A stretch of 64,000 nucleotides of DNA from the human T2T-CHM13v2.0 reference genome, Homo sapiens. The position numbers and the translations under genes were made by a program. Within the stretch, counting starts at the first letter, position 1. Each line of letters starts with the position of its first letter. The notes beneath the pieces were generated by a model, which made no database searches, was not told the DNA's origin, and worked only from the letters and a program-made list of their open reading frames with translations. Of the stretch, positions 36,045 to 48,249 are shown piece after piece. The DNA is taken from assembly GCF_009914755.1 (NCBI RefSeq), contig NC_060928.1; one strand, given 5' to 3'.

Positions 36045-36127
36045 AAATGCACATAACAGATGATTTCCTTAAGTAAGCTGTAGTAAAGTTACAGCTTACT
36101 TGAGAAAATCATCTATTATGTGCATTT
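36045..36127. repeat. Inverted repeat, 38-bp arms (35/38 complementary), 7-nt loop
   Basis: aaatgcacataacagatgatttccttaagtaagctgta - gtaaagt - tacagcttacttgagaaaatcatctattatgtgcattt. Confidence 0.95.
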
Positions 36128-36354
36128 GTAATGGTATAGAGTGTTTTTAAACTCAAAGAATGTACTCGACTCTCTATCTTTTAATTTCAGCCCTTTTGAA
36201 TATCTGTTTTTAGAAATTGATGTAATAATACTTTAATTAAGTGCTAGTGAAATATAATAAACACACCATAGGATACTAACTATATATGATTTGCAAAAAA
36301 AAAAAAAAAAAACACAAAAATTAAACCTAATGTTTTCGGTTATATAGCAAACTG

Positions 36355-36437
36355 AGAAGACAGGGAGAGAGAGAGCGAGAGAGAGACAGAGAAAGGGAGA
36401 GAGATGACAGATAATAAGAGTCAGAGAGAGAGAAAGA
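36355..36437. repeat. GA-rich low complexity
   Basis: Seen directly. Confidence 0.85.
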
Positions 36438-37866
36438 ATTCTAATATTTCTCATAATACAATCGCTTCATTCAGCTACTCAATAGTTAAAAGAAAATGCT
36501 TTTCTCATTTCCATATTTGAATCTTTATGTGTTATGGCATTTTTGTTATGTGCTTACTCTTGTGAGGGAAACACACTGTCCCATATTTCTAGTCCACTTA
36601 AGTTGGAAGGGATCGTTTCAGTTTTTGTAATAATTATAGATAGTGTTGAATCCGTAAGTTTCCCAAGTTTAAGTTTTAAATATAAACTCTATTATCTGTA
36701 TATCAAAAATCTCTAGCAACATTTTTTTCCTGAAGTACCAAAAATCGGTGTCAGGCTGTGATACTAAGACATTTATGTCTCTTCAACCAAACGTTTCCAT
36801 TGTCTGCTACACCAGAAAGAGTTTGATTTCTTTCTTCCTCCTTTTTGGGGCAAAATCTGTGTTTTAGTATTAATTGGATGTATTTTCATCAGGAATAACT
36901 GTATGAGTCAATATCTCTAATATGGAATAGATTTTCTGCGAGGCAGAAGTGACTGCTTGTTTCATACTACCTGACATAATTCATTAAAATTGTAGGCAAA
37001 TATTTCTCCATTTGCTAGTTGAGGTGGAAATAAACAGAAAAAAATATAATATCTGCATCTTTGCTAGATTAAGCCAGCCCTCTTAGAGTAGGGGCTAGTT
37101 TTTGCTTGTTTGTTTTTGTTTTTCCTATTCCAGTTAAGCATTGACTGGAATATTCAATTATTTCTTGACTTCACTCCAACAGATATATTGTCCCTATAAA
37201 TATAACTTGGTAAACATTTCTCCTCTGAGATTTAAGGACTCAACATTCCAGAATCTTAAACTTCTGGGGCAATTAATGACATCTTCTCTAGAAGATGTAA
37301 GTATAAAAAAAATTGTACTGTTGTCACCTGGACTGTAGTAAAATAAATGATAATTCTGGATGATTACAGCAGATGCAAAATTGATTTTCTTAAGTATTAT
37401 AACACTTCTTCTATAAGTTGTGAACTTCAATATACATATTGGCAGAGACATTGCTTCTGCCACACCTTTATCCTGCTCAAAGGTATTATTGATCTCCATC
37501 GCTTGTCAAGTATATTTAAAAGTGCTTATTTATCAATCAGGGTACCTAAAACAGTGTGATATTGTGAATATCAGATAACCTGATTTTTACACAATCTACA
37601 CAGCAGCGAGTTTGTATCCAATGATATGGACCAATTCAGTAGTACCTAATTGAACATCAAAAAGGAGGTTTTAATCAGATTTTCAAAAGTGTCAAGAATT
37701 CTAGGGAGGAAATCATTAAAACATGAGCATTTGGAATGGTAAAATAAATCAAAAGAAGATTGACTAGAAGGTTATGAGAAAGTCCAGAAACTAAACTGAA
37801 TATGAGAATGGACTGGTTTCAACATGAGAAAAAGATGGATTAAGATCAAAAACATTCTGGGGTCAG

Positions 37867-37948
37867 AGCTGATGATTTCAGCATACGCCAGTCTCTTGCT
37901 GGTATTCTATCACCAGAAAGTAACTGGCTTATGCTGAAATCAGCAGCT
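37867..37948. repeat. Inverted repeat, 37-bp arms (32/37 complementary), 8-nt loop
   Basis: agctgatgatttcagcatacgccagtctcttgctggt - attctatc - accagaaagtaactggcttatgctgaaatcagcagct. Confidence 0.95.
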
Positions 37949-38983
37949 TTCACAGATTTCCCTCCATCCTCACAGTAAACTTTGAGAATGGTTAAATGGA
38001 AATGAAGATAAAGCTTATTAGATTTTAAGCTGTCAAGTTATTGTGAAGTGCAGATGTTGTACTGATCCTCAAAGAAAACAAAATATAGATTCTACTAATT
38101 TGGAGAGAGGATTCAAATTTAGTACGTTAAATGTGAATAATTAGACTAAAACCCTTTGTGCTAAATTCATAGAAGAAATCAGTCACAAGTAAAAAATAAG
38201 AGCCCCATGAAGTCTAATTTTGCCTTCTTATCTGAGTGTGTAGTTGCATTTGTCTGAGACCACATCTCAATCAATTCTCAAGTTGTACTTTGTCAAATAT
38301 GAAAACATTAGAAATCATACACCTTAATTATTCATCTCTACAAAAAGCAAATAGTAGCTGCTTTCAATCTCTTCACAGATTCTTTTTGTAAAAAGGAAAA
38401 GGCTATAGTTATGACTGTCCTCTGGGAAATTGATAAATATATACTAATCTTCAGGATCCTGTCTAAAATGTGATAACAGTGTCTATAATCCCTGAGGTTA
38501 AGAAACTAACAAAGAACGTACTGTGTGCATATAGGTATGCATATGTATATTACTTAGAAAATAAAGCAGCAGGGTTAAATTTAAATGAAGGATTAGACTG
38601 ATAAAATATTTTAGAAACTTAATCTATGTATTTATAATGATATTTATTAATTCCAAAACAAATACAATAGTATTTATGCTAGCAGTTATAAATGGCTCTA
38701 AGTAAATGTCCCTCTATTTTGCCACAAAAAAATAAGAAAGTGATATAAAAAGGTAAAATAAGAAAATGTCAAACATTTTTTCCAGCATTTCCACAGTGCA
38801 ATATTTTGTTTCGAACAATTCAGGACAAAGAAACTTGATATGAGACTGACCATACTTCTTACCAATATTCTAGACCCCCTTGCTTATCAGAGAGTTTCTT
38901 TTTTGAGGCCCTTAAACACTCCTGGCTGGTATGTATACAGCATATCTATAAAATTATTGACTAGTTAGTGATGAGTTCATTAG

Positions 38984-39423
38984 TGTGTCAATTTGGGTTC
39001 TCCAGAAGGCATACCAAAAGTGAATTCAAAGTAAAAAGTAATTATATGGGGAAATTCATGCAGAGGATAAAGAAGAGAGAAGGGAGGGTAGACATTGTGA
39101 GACTGTGAAAGGAGATTAGGAAAGAAGAAGGAATGACAAGAAAAGCCTCAGACTACAATGGACTTTCATCAAAATTTTGACCAGACCCACAAGAAGCCAC
39201 AGTGTAAAGATTGTTGTTAGAGGAATCCTGTGTTGGGGGAATTGCCCTGGCTTTATATCTCCTCTGTGTTTAGTCACTGCCTGAGAGCAGCCCAGGCAGA
39301 GCATGCTCTTGGTGTGAATGCTTAATGGGTTCTTAAAGTGAGACATCTGGAGACTGTGAGCCCATTGTGCTCCTCTAGCAGGATCACTACTGAATTGTAA
39401 GGTCTGAGTGATGCACTACTACA
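38984..39423 (-). mobile_element. LTR16-family (ERVL) solo LTR
   Basis: 'tgtcaatttgggttctccagaaggc...agcctcagac...aaagattgttgttagaggaatcc...ctggagactgtgagc'. Confidence 0.65.
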
Positions 39424-39826
39424 ATGACTTCTAAACAAAATACATCACAGATTTCCCCCCTCATATTTTGGTTACCTCATTTAAACAAAATTTGTTGGAT
39501 TTATAGGGCCTTGGTATTGCATCTTGTTGTTTTATTTTGAGATTTTCATAAGCTGTTCCCCCGACAACTGCCAAAGGGTTTGTGGTTGAAAAAATGTTAT
39601 GAACTTTTGACCTAGAAGACACATGTAAATGGGTAGCATATTGAGTCAAATTTCTCAGTGTGATATCAAGTTTTTCTAAATATTTTCTAATGTGTGACTC
39701 TTCTAAAAACTCTTTAGGTTAAATTGAATAAACTGTCTGAATTGTTTGTATTTAAGCACCTCCACAAAATTCTCTGTCTAGGTTTGCCTGTAACTGTGGC
39801 ATAGATGTCTTGTAAGAATGCTTTCT

Positions 39827-39995
39827 GCCAGGTGCCATGGCTCACACCTGTGATCCCAGCACCTTGGGAGTCCAAGGCGGGAAGATTACTTAAGCCCAAG
39901 AATTCAAGACCAGTCTAGGCAAAATAGTAAGACACTGTCTCTACAAAATAACAATAATGATAATATGAAGGAGAAGCAGAAAAATAATAATAATA
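39827..39995 (+). mobile_element. FLAM (free left Alu monomer) with decayed tail
   Basis: Monomer only, 'gattacttaagcccaagaattcaagaccag'; TSD aagaatgctttct (39814-39826) / aagaatgttttct (39996-40008). Confidence 0.85.
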
Positions 39996-40114
39996 AAGAA
40001 TGTTTTCTATGAGAATGCAGGAAAATCTGTATTTGACTCCAGGCAAAATTATTTGAAATATGAGCTTTTCAAAAAAACTATTTGCACTCTAACTCTTCTC
40101 TCAGTTAACTAGCA

Positions 40115-40268
40115 GAAAGAAATGGAAGGAAGGAAGGAACGAAGGAACGAAGGAAGGAATGAAGGAAGGAAGGAACGAAGGAAGGAAGGAACAATGGAAG
40201 GAAAGAAGAAAGGGAGGAACGTAAGGGAGAAGGGAGGGAGGAAGGGAGGAAGCAAGCAAGCAAGAAAG
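40115..40268 (+). repeat. Interrupted (GGAA)n purine-rich microsatellite
   Basis: GGAA units interspersed with CGAA/TGAA, then GGGA and GCAA units. Confidence 0.9.
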
Positions 40269-40359
40269 ATGGATCCACATGTTTTAAAACATTAAGAAGA
40301 AAAAAAATGTTTGAATTTGGAACTTAACTAGACCATTGATTGTGTGTAGAGAAAAGGAA

Positions 40360-40841
40360 TAGAAGGTTCCATCTCTGTTGCTTCTCTCTACAAACTTCCT
40401 ATTAACATAGACTGTTATGTATCGTAGACAATAGGTCACTCTATAAACCCATTTTATATATATTTGTGTTTATTTACTCAAGTTTATTTTTCCTGAAGTC
40501 TCAGTTAAGTATTTAATTCAATTCTTGCTTCACTTAGAAAATCAAGATTACAACTTTCAACAGGAAAAATTAGAAAACTTGCTAAGTCTGAGAAAATGTT
40601 ATTTCTTTCTGTGGCTAGTGGAAAATAAAGCCTTGGCAGAATAATTAACCATCATTCTTTTGTCTATAATTTTCATTTTTTCCCTACATTTGTCCATTTT
40701 AATCCCAATAGCCTTATGTTTATATTCAAAATAATTAGTTGACATCAGGAAGTTCCCTCCTAGAGAGTTCCATTCCTGTTGCTTCTCTTTACAAATTTTC
40801 TATTAACATAGACTATTGAATATCACATATAATAGGTCACT
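40360..40841 (+). repeat. Dispersed 81-bp direct repeat (40360-40440 and 40761-40841)
   Basis: Ungapped manual alignment, 66/81 identical. Confidence 0.9.
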
Positions 40842-41290
40842 GTCTGGTGATTAATTTATGTGTCAACTTGATTGGGCCATGAAGTACCCAGATATTTTAT
40901 TCATCATTATTATGGGTGTGTCTGTGAGGGTGTGTCTGAATGAGATTAACATTTGACTTGGTCACCGAGTAGAGCAGATTGCCTTTCTTAATGTGGAGGG
41001 ACCATATCTGATCCATTGGAGGTCTGAATAGAATGAAGGTGTTGAGTAAAAACTAATTCATTCTCTGATAAAATGTCTTCAGGGCTGGACATTGGTATTC
41101 TCCTGCCTTCACAATGGAACTTACATCATCAGTTATTTTACTTCTCAGGCCTTTGGACTAGGACCAAAACTATACTGTTGACTTTCCTGGATCTCCAGCT
41201 TGCCAACTGCAGATCTTGGGATTTCTCAGCCTCCATAACTTCCTGAGCCAAGTCCTTATAATAAATTCCTCTCTATTTCTAAACACACAT

Positions 41291-41330
<40 letters not shown>

Positions 41331-41361
41331 TCTGTTTCTCTGAAGAAGCTTGACTAATAGA
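40841..41361 (+). mobile_element. MLT2B (ERVL) solo LTR with internal (CA)n at 41283-41329
   Basis: 'ttaatttatgtgtcaacttgattgggcca...gagattaacattt...ttctgtttctctgaagaagcttgactaata'. Confidence 0.85.
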
Positions 41362-42289
41362 ACCTTTACTAAAACAGTGTATTTCAGTTAGTGAGTAATG
41401 ATATTTGATGAAAAGTTCACCTTTTTGGACTTAATGTGCAGTCCATTAGGGGATAGATTTGATAAAAAGCTAGGAGTGCACAATAGTATCAAATGTGAGG
41501 AAAGAAGTCAGATTTCTCATCAAGTATGATTCACATATTTTGGCCTGAGGAGTGAAAAGAACGAAAAGAACTCAAAACTTAATTTTTGTTCAAAATGGAT
41601 CATTGTTTCCTGATTTACTGACCCAATTTTCCATAGATTCCAGCAACATCTATCTTGTCACTGCGGAAGAAAAAAGGTGCCAGTGCTAAGAAGTTTTGTG
41701 TTAAAGATTTGATGAATGAAATACTCAAAAGCTAGCCCTGTCACAAGCAGAATAGATTTCTCTATAAACTTTGATACTGGGGATTTGGGTTTTCTTAGGG
41801 GGAAATTTGTTGGTGAGTAAAAATTCTCATTTTCAATGCCTATTTCTCAGCTGGTTTTCCAGAGAGAATGTACAATATAATTCCATAAAAATAGGAGAGT
41901 AATCATTCAATATACTATGAAGTTAAAGACTGAACTAAAGAAAACACAAATATTAAAACAATGTTAAACTTCTGTTTGTACATTTGTTTTTGAGATCTTT
42001 ACTTTTCTCATAATGTTTAAAGGCATGTAGGAAGGAAGGGGAAATGAATAAATAAGTTTGCACAATTATGCTTAGCAATGTCTAGGCACTTTATATTCAT
42101 TAAAATAAATATTCAGACCTTGACTTTAGTCACATAATTCTGGAGGCTACCATTCTTGTTGGTCTGCACTGTAATCTTAAAATAGAGTGGGGAAGTAATC
42201 TATTTTAGTTTGGAAGAGTCCTAATGCAAGTCCATACAAATAAAATTTCTAGTGAGATTCCTGAAGAAAAAGAGTATTACTTATGGATA

Positions 42290-42830
42290 GAATCTTTCCA
42301 TTCATTATCTACTTATTCATTTTTAGTTTTTCTTTTTTAAATCACTGTTCCAGTACCTGAAGATATAAAGAGACAAGTATCCTGCCATTATAGAATTTAC
42401 ATAGCTTAGGGGAAGAAAGACTATAAGTAAACAGCAAAGAAGCAAAATAATTGGAGGCATAGATAAGTGCTATGAAGAAAATGCACAGGCAATTAAATAG
42501 ATAATAAATTGAGGTGGAAATTACTAGTTTAGGTGGTCAATAATGGCTTTGCTTTCAAGATACAATTTTAGGGAAAAAAATGAGAAGGATAAAAAGTGAC
42601 CACCCATTCAGAGACAGCAATGTTGCTATAAACAGTACACTGGGTATGAGACTAGTGAGTGATCAAGTCAGAGATTTGTTAACATCAGAGAATTAAGGGT
42701 ATTATGCCATACATATTTTGCCTCTTTTTCCAAAAACAATGGGAAGCCACTGATTAACTTTAGGCAACGGAGTAAGTAGAAAAATTAATTTTAAAAGATT
42801 AACTCTACATGGGGAATTGATTATAGAGGC
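42290..42830 (-). mobile_element. L2 fragment
   Basis: 'ttccattcatt...tcctgccattatagaatttacat...gataagtgctatgaagaaa...caatgggaagccactga'. Confidence 0.6.
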
Positions 42831-43684
42831 AGGGGTAAGAGTGAGTTGATGAACTATGTTACTGGGTTCTTATTTTGTATATCAAGAGGATTATCATTCA
42901 TTGCATTTAACACTAAAAAGTGGCTCAATATATACTTTTTCAATGAATAAATATGTTTATAAATAAATGAATTGACATAATAATGGATTGAGATAGAGCA
43001 TTGAGCTTCCACCGAAGCAATGCTCTAGCTACATTTTCATCTTATTACTTTGTCAATATCACTCAAGTGTTTTATACATACTCCACATTGAGAATTTTAC
43101 AGTAACTTAAAGGTAGACCCAGGAAAAGAACAGAAACCATCAGCTGACCAGGAAGTACTTCCAGTAAGCTTTATTGTTGCTATTATAAAGCATTCTCTTA
43201 AAATAGCTACACAAATAATAGCATTGCCAAAATAATACCAGGTAAAAGTGAGTAAATAAGAACAGTCTTTAGCCAGTAAAAGGCACAGTCTTCATGTTTC
43301 TGCTCAACTTTGATGTCAATTTTTATCTCAAGTCACAATCTGGTAGTGCCCAAATACAAGAAACCTGTGTGCATACAGAGACATCAATAATCAGTTGGGA
43401 CAAACATAAGAGAATCAGTATGATTTGGAAAATAAAAGCAGAAAAAGAGTGTGAGCTAAGAAGAACAGATTCAATTCTGTTTGCACAAAGTGACTAAGGG
43501 TTTTGTTTCCCCAGTAAGAAAGAATAAAAGATCATTTATGTCAGAATTCCATTTCTTACATTTTATGCCAATGTGAACTATATAGGAAGATAAGTATTTT
43601 TTCTCATATCATGTTTTGTATTTGACAATTTCAACAATTTATTCTCATAAATTTCCAAATTAAAGAACCTAAAATATGCCTTCG

Positions 43685-44360
43685 CTAATTTGTTTGTTCA
43701 TTAAGCAAATATTTGTAGAATCCTAATAATGCCAAACAGTGTTAGGACATGGGGTGAAGTAGTGAATTGTTGCAGATGCTGTCTCTGCCATTAATAGAAT
43801 TTACACTCTAATGGCTTATACACTGTAACATGCAATTTCAATATAGTGTGATCAATATTATGACAGAATATAAATAGTTTTGCCCTAACAGAAAAGCGTT
43901 TCACTCCAGATTTGTAAAATCAGCTTATATTCTTCCCAGCAAAACTGATATCTATGGTAAACCCCGAAAGTTGAGTAGATTGTAGCCAAATGAAGAAAAA
44001 GTGTTAAGGACCATTGGCATAAATTATTTGACAGAAAACTGCACTATAAACAAATAACTTGAAGAAATTAGAAATTAAATGTAATGAATATGTGTCTGGA
44101 TAAGAAGTAGCATGCTGGTAGAGTGGGTTGCGTGGGTAGGGGTAAAAAAAGTACGTGACAATGAGAAAAGAGGGATGGACAATAGGAAGAGTCTCATTGC
44201 TCAGGTCTTGTAAGCAATATTCACATGTTTTTCCTTTACCTTAGTGCTTTGGAAAGCCATGTAAGGGTTTTAAAAAAAACATCATATAATCAAACACAAT
44301 TTTTAAACAATTATTCTGGCTGTAATGTGGATAATTTATTGAAGAATAGTAAAGCAGGGA
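43685..44360 (-). mobile_element. L2 fragment
   Basis: 'ttcattaagcaaatatttg...tgccaaacagtgttagg...ggaaagccatgtaagggtttt...ttctggctgtaatgtgga'. Confidence 0.6.
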
Positions 44361-44607
44361 CAAAGAGAATAGAAATTTGGTTACAATAATCTCTTTTTTA
44401 TTATTCCAGTTGCATGTAATCCAATAAGAGATGATACATGCAAATAAATACTGCAGCACTCAATAAAATAAATAACTTGAATAAAGCATATATATGTTGG
44501 GACTTCTTTCTATGTATACGCCATATTAAATGTTGGTAGAAGGTTTTTTTTCCCCACAAATGGATAATCACTATCTTCATTACATTTGTTTGTTTGTTTG
44601 TTTTACA

Positions 44608-45472
44608 TTTTAATTTTTAAATTTCAACTTTTCTCTTAGATACAGGGGATACATATGCAGTTTTGTTATATGAGTACATTGCATGATGCTGAGGTTTGGG
44701 GAACAGATCCCATCACTCAGTTAGTAAGCATACTACCTACTAGGTAGTTTTTCAGTGCACACTCCCTTTTCTTCTCTCCCTCCCCACTGTAATAGTCCAC
44801 AATGTCTAATGTTTCCATCTTTAAGTCCATGTGTATTCAATGTTTAGCTCCCACTTATAAGTAAGAACATGCAGTGTTTGATTTTCTGTTCCTGTATTAC
44901 TTCACTTAGAATTATTGCCTCCGGTTGCATGCATGTCTCCACAAAAGTCATGGTTTTATTCTTTGTATTGCTGTATAGTATTCCATGGTATGTAGGTACC
45001 ACATTTTCTTTATCCTCTCTACCATTGATGGGAACCTGGCTTAATTCTATGTTTTTGCTATTGTGAATAGCATTGTAAGGAACACGAGTGCATGTATTTT
45101 TGGGAAATGATTTCTTTTCCTTTGGGTATATACCCAGTAATGGGATTACTAGGTTGAATGGTAGCTCTATTTTAAGTTTATTGAGAAATTTTCAGACTGT
45201 TTTCCATAATGGATGAACTTATTTACATTACCACGAACAATGTACAAGCATTCCCTTTTCTCTGCAGCCTCATCAACATCTTGTTTTTCTTGACTTTTTG
45301 AAAGTCATTCTGACTGGTGTAGGATGTATCTCATTGTGGTTTTGGTTTGCATTTCTTTGATGATTAGTAATGCTGAGAATTATTTCATGTTGTTTGGTCA
45401 CTTGTATGTCTTCTTTTGAGAAGTGTCTGTTCATGTCCTTTGCCATTTTTCAATCAGGCTATTTGCTTTTGT
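44608..45472 (-). mobile_element. L1PA15/16-like 3' fragment
   Basis: 'attgcatgatgctgaggtttgggg...gatcccatcactcag...tttagctcccacttataagt...ttcttttgagaagtgtctgttcatgtcctttgcc'. Confidence 0.85.
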
Positions 45473-46084
45473 TTGCAGAAGCTTTAACTTGCCAAATTCT
45501 CTTCAAGACTAGATAGTACAAATAAATAAATGAAGGATAATTGGAATATTCAGAAACATCTTTTTAATGTGGAATTTGTGAGATTACTATATATATTTGG
45601 TATACATAGATATTCAATTTTCAAAAAGTAGATTTCTTTTGCATTCTTTTAAACAGGTGAAATTATTCTCTTATAATATTCAGTAAGAAATTCACATTCC
45701 ACCAGCATTTACCAGGAAGTAACTGAAAAATGCAGAATACATAGAAAAAAAAAAAGATAAAACTGATGAACTATAATCACTGCAAGGCATCAAGAAATGA
45801 TTCAATGCACATTTGTAATGATGTGTGTAAAAGTCAAGGAACGTTTTATGCAGAAAACTCAAGACCTCAGAATTGGCTAAAATGGGGAGAATTATTATCT
45901 TGTCTTGCTATCCAAACAGCAGGATCTATAATTCTCCTGCCTTTATGCACATGTGAGATGGACTGAAAAGAATCACTGACTTTCCCACATGACATTACCT
46001 TTATCTAGCCCCAGAATCTACTATTTTAGAAAACATTGCACTATGCTTTTTCTTTGAAGCACAGATCATTTCTGTTAAAACACC

Positions 46085-46420
46085 ATCCCATAAAATAGCA
46101 ATGCATTTGGAAAGCAACTTTCCTGTGATGAATCTTCATAATAGTTATACACTTGACCCAGTATTTTCATTTCTAGGAGTTTCTCTCCTAAAAGGGAGGA
46201 AAAAATATATTTTATCAGTATATGCAATGATGTTTGTTGCATAGTAATTAACAAAATACAAGGAAAAATGAAGTAAATATTTCAAAGGAAGAAATGGTTA
46301 AATATAGTAGTATATATCTATATGATGAACTATAAAAAAAGGATTGGGAAATGAAGATTTAAAATAATTTTATGAAATAAAATATAGTGTCACGTGAAAA
46401 AGCAAGACAAAACATATACA
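46085..46420 (+). mobile_element. L1ME-type 3' remnant
   Basis: 'ttggaaagcaa...cttgacccagtattttcatttctagga...atggttaaata'. Confidence 0.5.
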
Positions 46421-48249
46421 TATTATACATACGACACTATATTTATGTGTTTATATTATTTTAAAAGTTCCATACACCTTTACACACACACACACTTAGA
46501 TATTAGAATAACATGCATGCACACACAGATGCTCATTGAATTTGAGTACTAATCTATTAAACTCCTAATGATTTTTTAGCTGTGCAAATTAAGCCAAAAC
46601 TGTTCTCAGTCTGTATTACTAGTGTTTCCACATTATAATGTAGAATGCAGTATCTAGAAAGTTATCATAGGCTTTTCAAGCTTTACACTGCATTGATATT
46701 TTTTCAAAAGTGTAAAATATATTTAATTGTACCTTCCATGCTTAATAGGTCAATATTTCTTAAAACTTTACCATTTTCCATATTCTCTCTTTTCTGCTCT
46801 ATGCATGCCATTATTCTCTCTTATGAATATCTTTTCTTCCTTGCCGTTTCTAACAAGTCATCTTTCTATGCCTACTATTTACTCATACTCACCCAGTACA
46901 TTCATCTAGAAAATCAATTTCTTTAGAGTTTAGAATTATGAAGAAATCTTATCTATCCAAGTAATATAATATCAAAATACTAGAAAGAAGGATTGTCATT
47001 CTTTTTTTAGTGACATATAAGTTGGTATTTGAACCTAAAATATTATACTTTTAGTAAAGAAGGATTATTTAACACCAAGGTTATGTTGCTTTTTTTAAAT
47101 TTTGATTTTTGTGTTCTATTGAAGTAATCTACAGTGAAACAATATTACTTGAGAAGTAGATTTTTGTTTGAAATAGTTTACCAATACCTATCACATTTTT
47201 GCTGTGTCACCAAATTCTTATATGAAACAACTCAGGCACAATATATCATTATACTCACACCTAAAATCTATCTACACATTTATAGATAAGATAAATGACT
47301 TGAAAATAGTGGAACTGGAAGTAGGCTCCTAAAACCCAAAACTTTTATTTTATTTAAACTGTGGCTTAGAAAGATATTTCACTATTTATCTTCTCTAATA
47401 TTTTTGAATTTTTAAACCACTCTGTGAACTCTGAACCAAGTACTAATGATGCAAAAATATTTAAGTTTTAGGTCTTAGAATCAAGATACCAGTGTTAGGT
47501 TGTGAAAAACTTAGTCTCTGTTTTTTTTTTTTTTTTTTTTTTTGTATTTCCATGACAGTCTGTGTCCTAATATTAATGTAAATTAAATTTACTGCATTTT
47601 CAAATTGTAGGATAATTTGCATGAAAGTGGTTATATATGGGAACGTGTGAAAGAGAGTCTAAAAGCCTTAAAATAACACATTTTTTTCATGTTAAAGTTA
47701 GTTTAATATATGCAAACACATATGAAGGTAGTTATACCCAGTTATAAGCATATCCTTTACACTCTTTTCTAGAAATTAAGGGATTGTTACTAGCTTCTTT
47801 TCTTTTTTTTTTATATTACTTCGAAACTTTAAGAAATACGGAACATTTCATGTCTGTTCCACCTTTGAAAGCTCATTTGCACTCTGTTCATTCATTCCTT
47901 CAAGGCGATACTTTTCTCTTACTTCTACTTCTGGTATCCTGATTATACAAATTTCAAAACTTGTTATATTGTTCCAAATATCTTGGATGTATTTTTCAAT
48001 ATTTGAGTTCTTTTTTTCTTTTGTCCTTGTGTTTCTGTTTGGAAAGTTTTTGCTGGCCTATATTCAAGTTCCCAGATGCTTTTCTCATTTGTATCAGGTC
48101 CACTGATGGACCTGTCAAAGACATCCTTTATTTCTGTTACCTTATTTTAATTCTAGAAATTATTTTGATCTGCTCTTACAGTTTTCATCTCTAGGCTGAT
48201 ATTACCCATTTGATTTTTCATGTTGGCTACCTTTTTCCATTACAATCTA

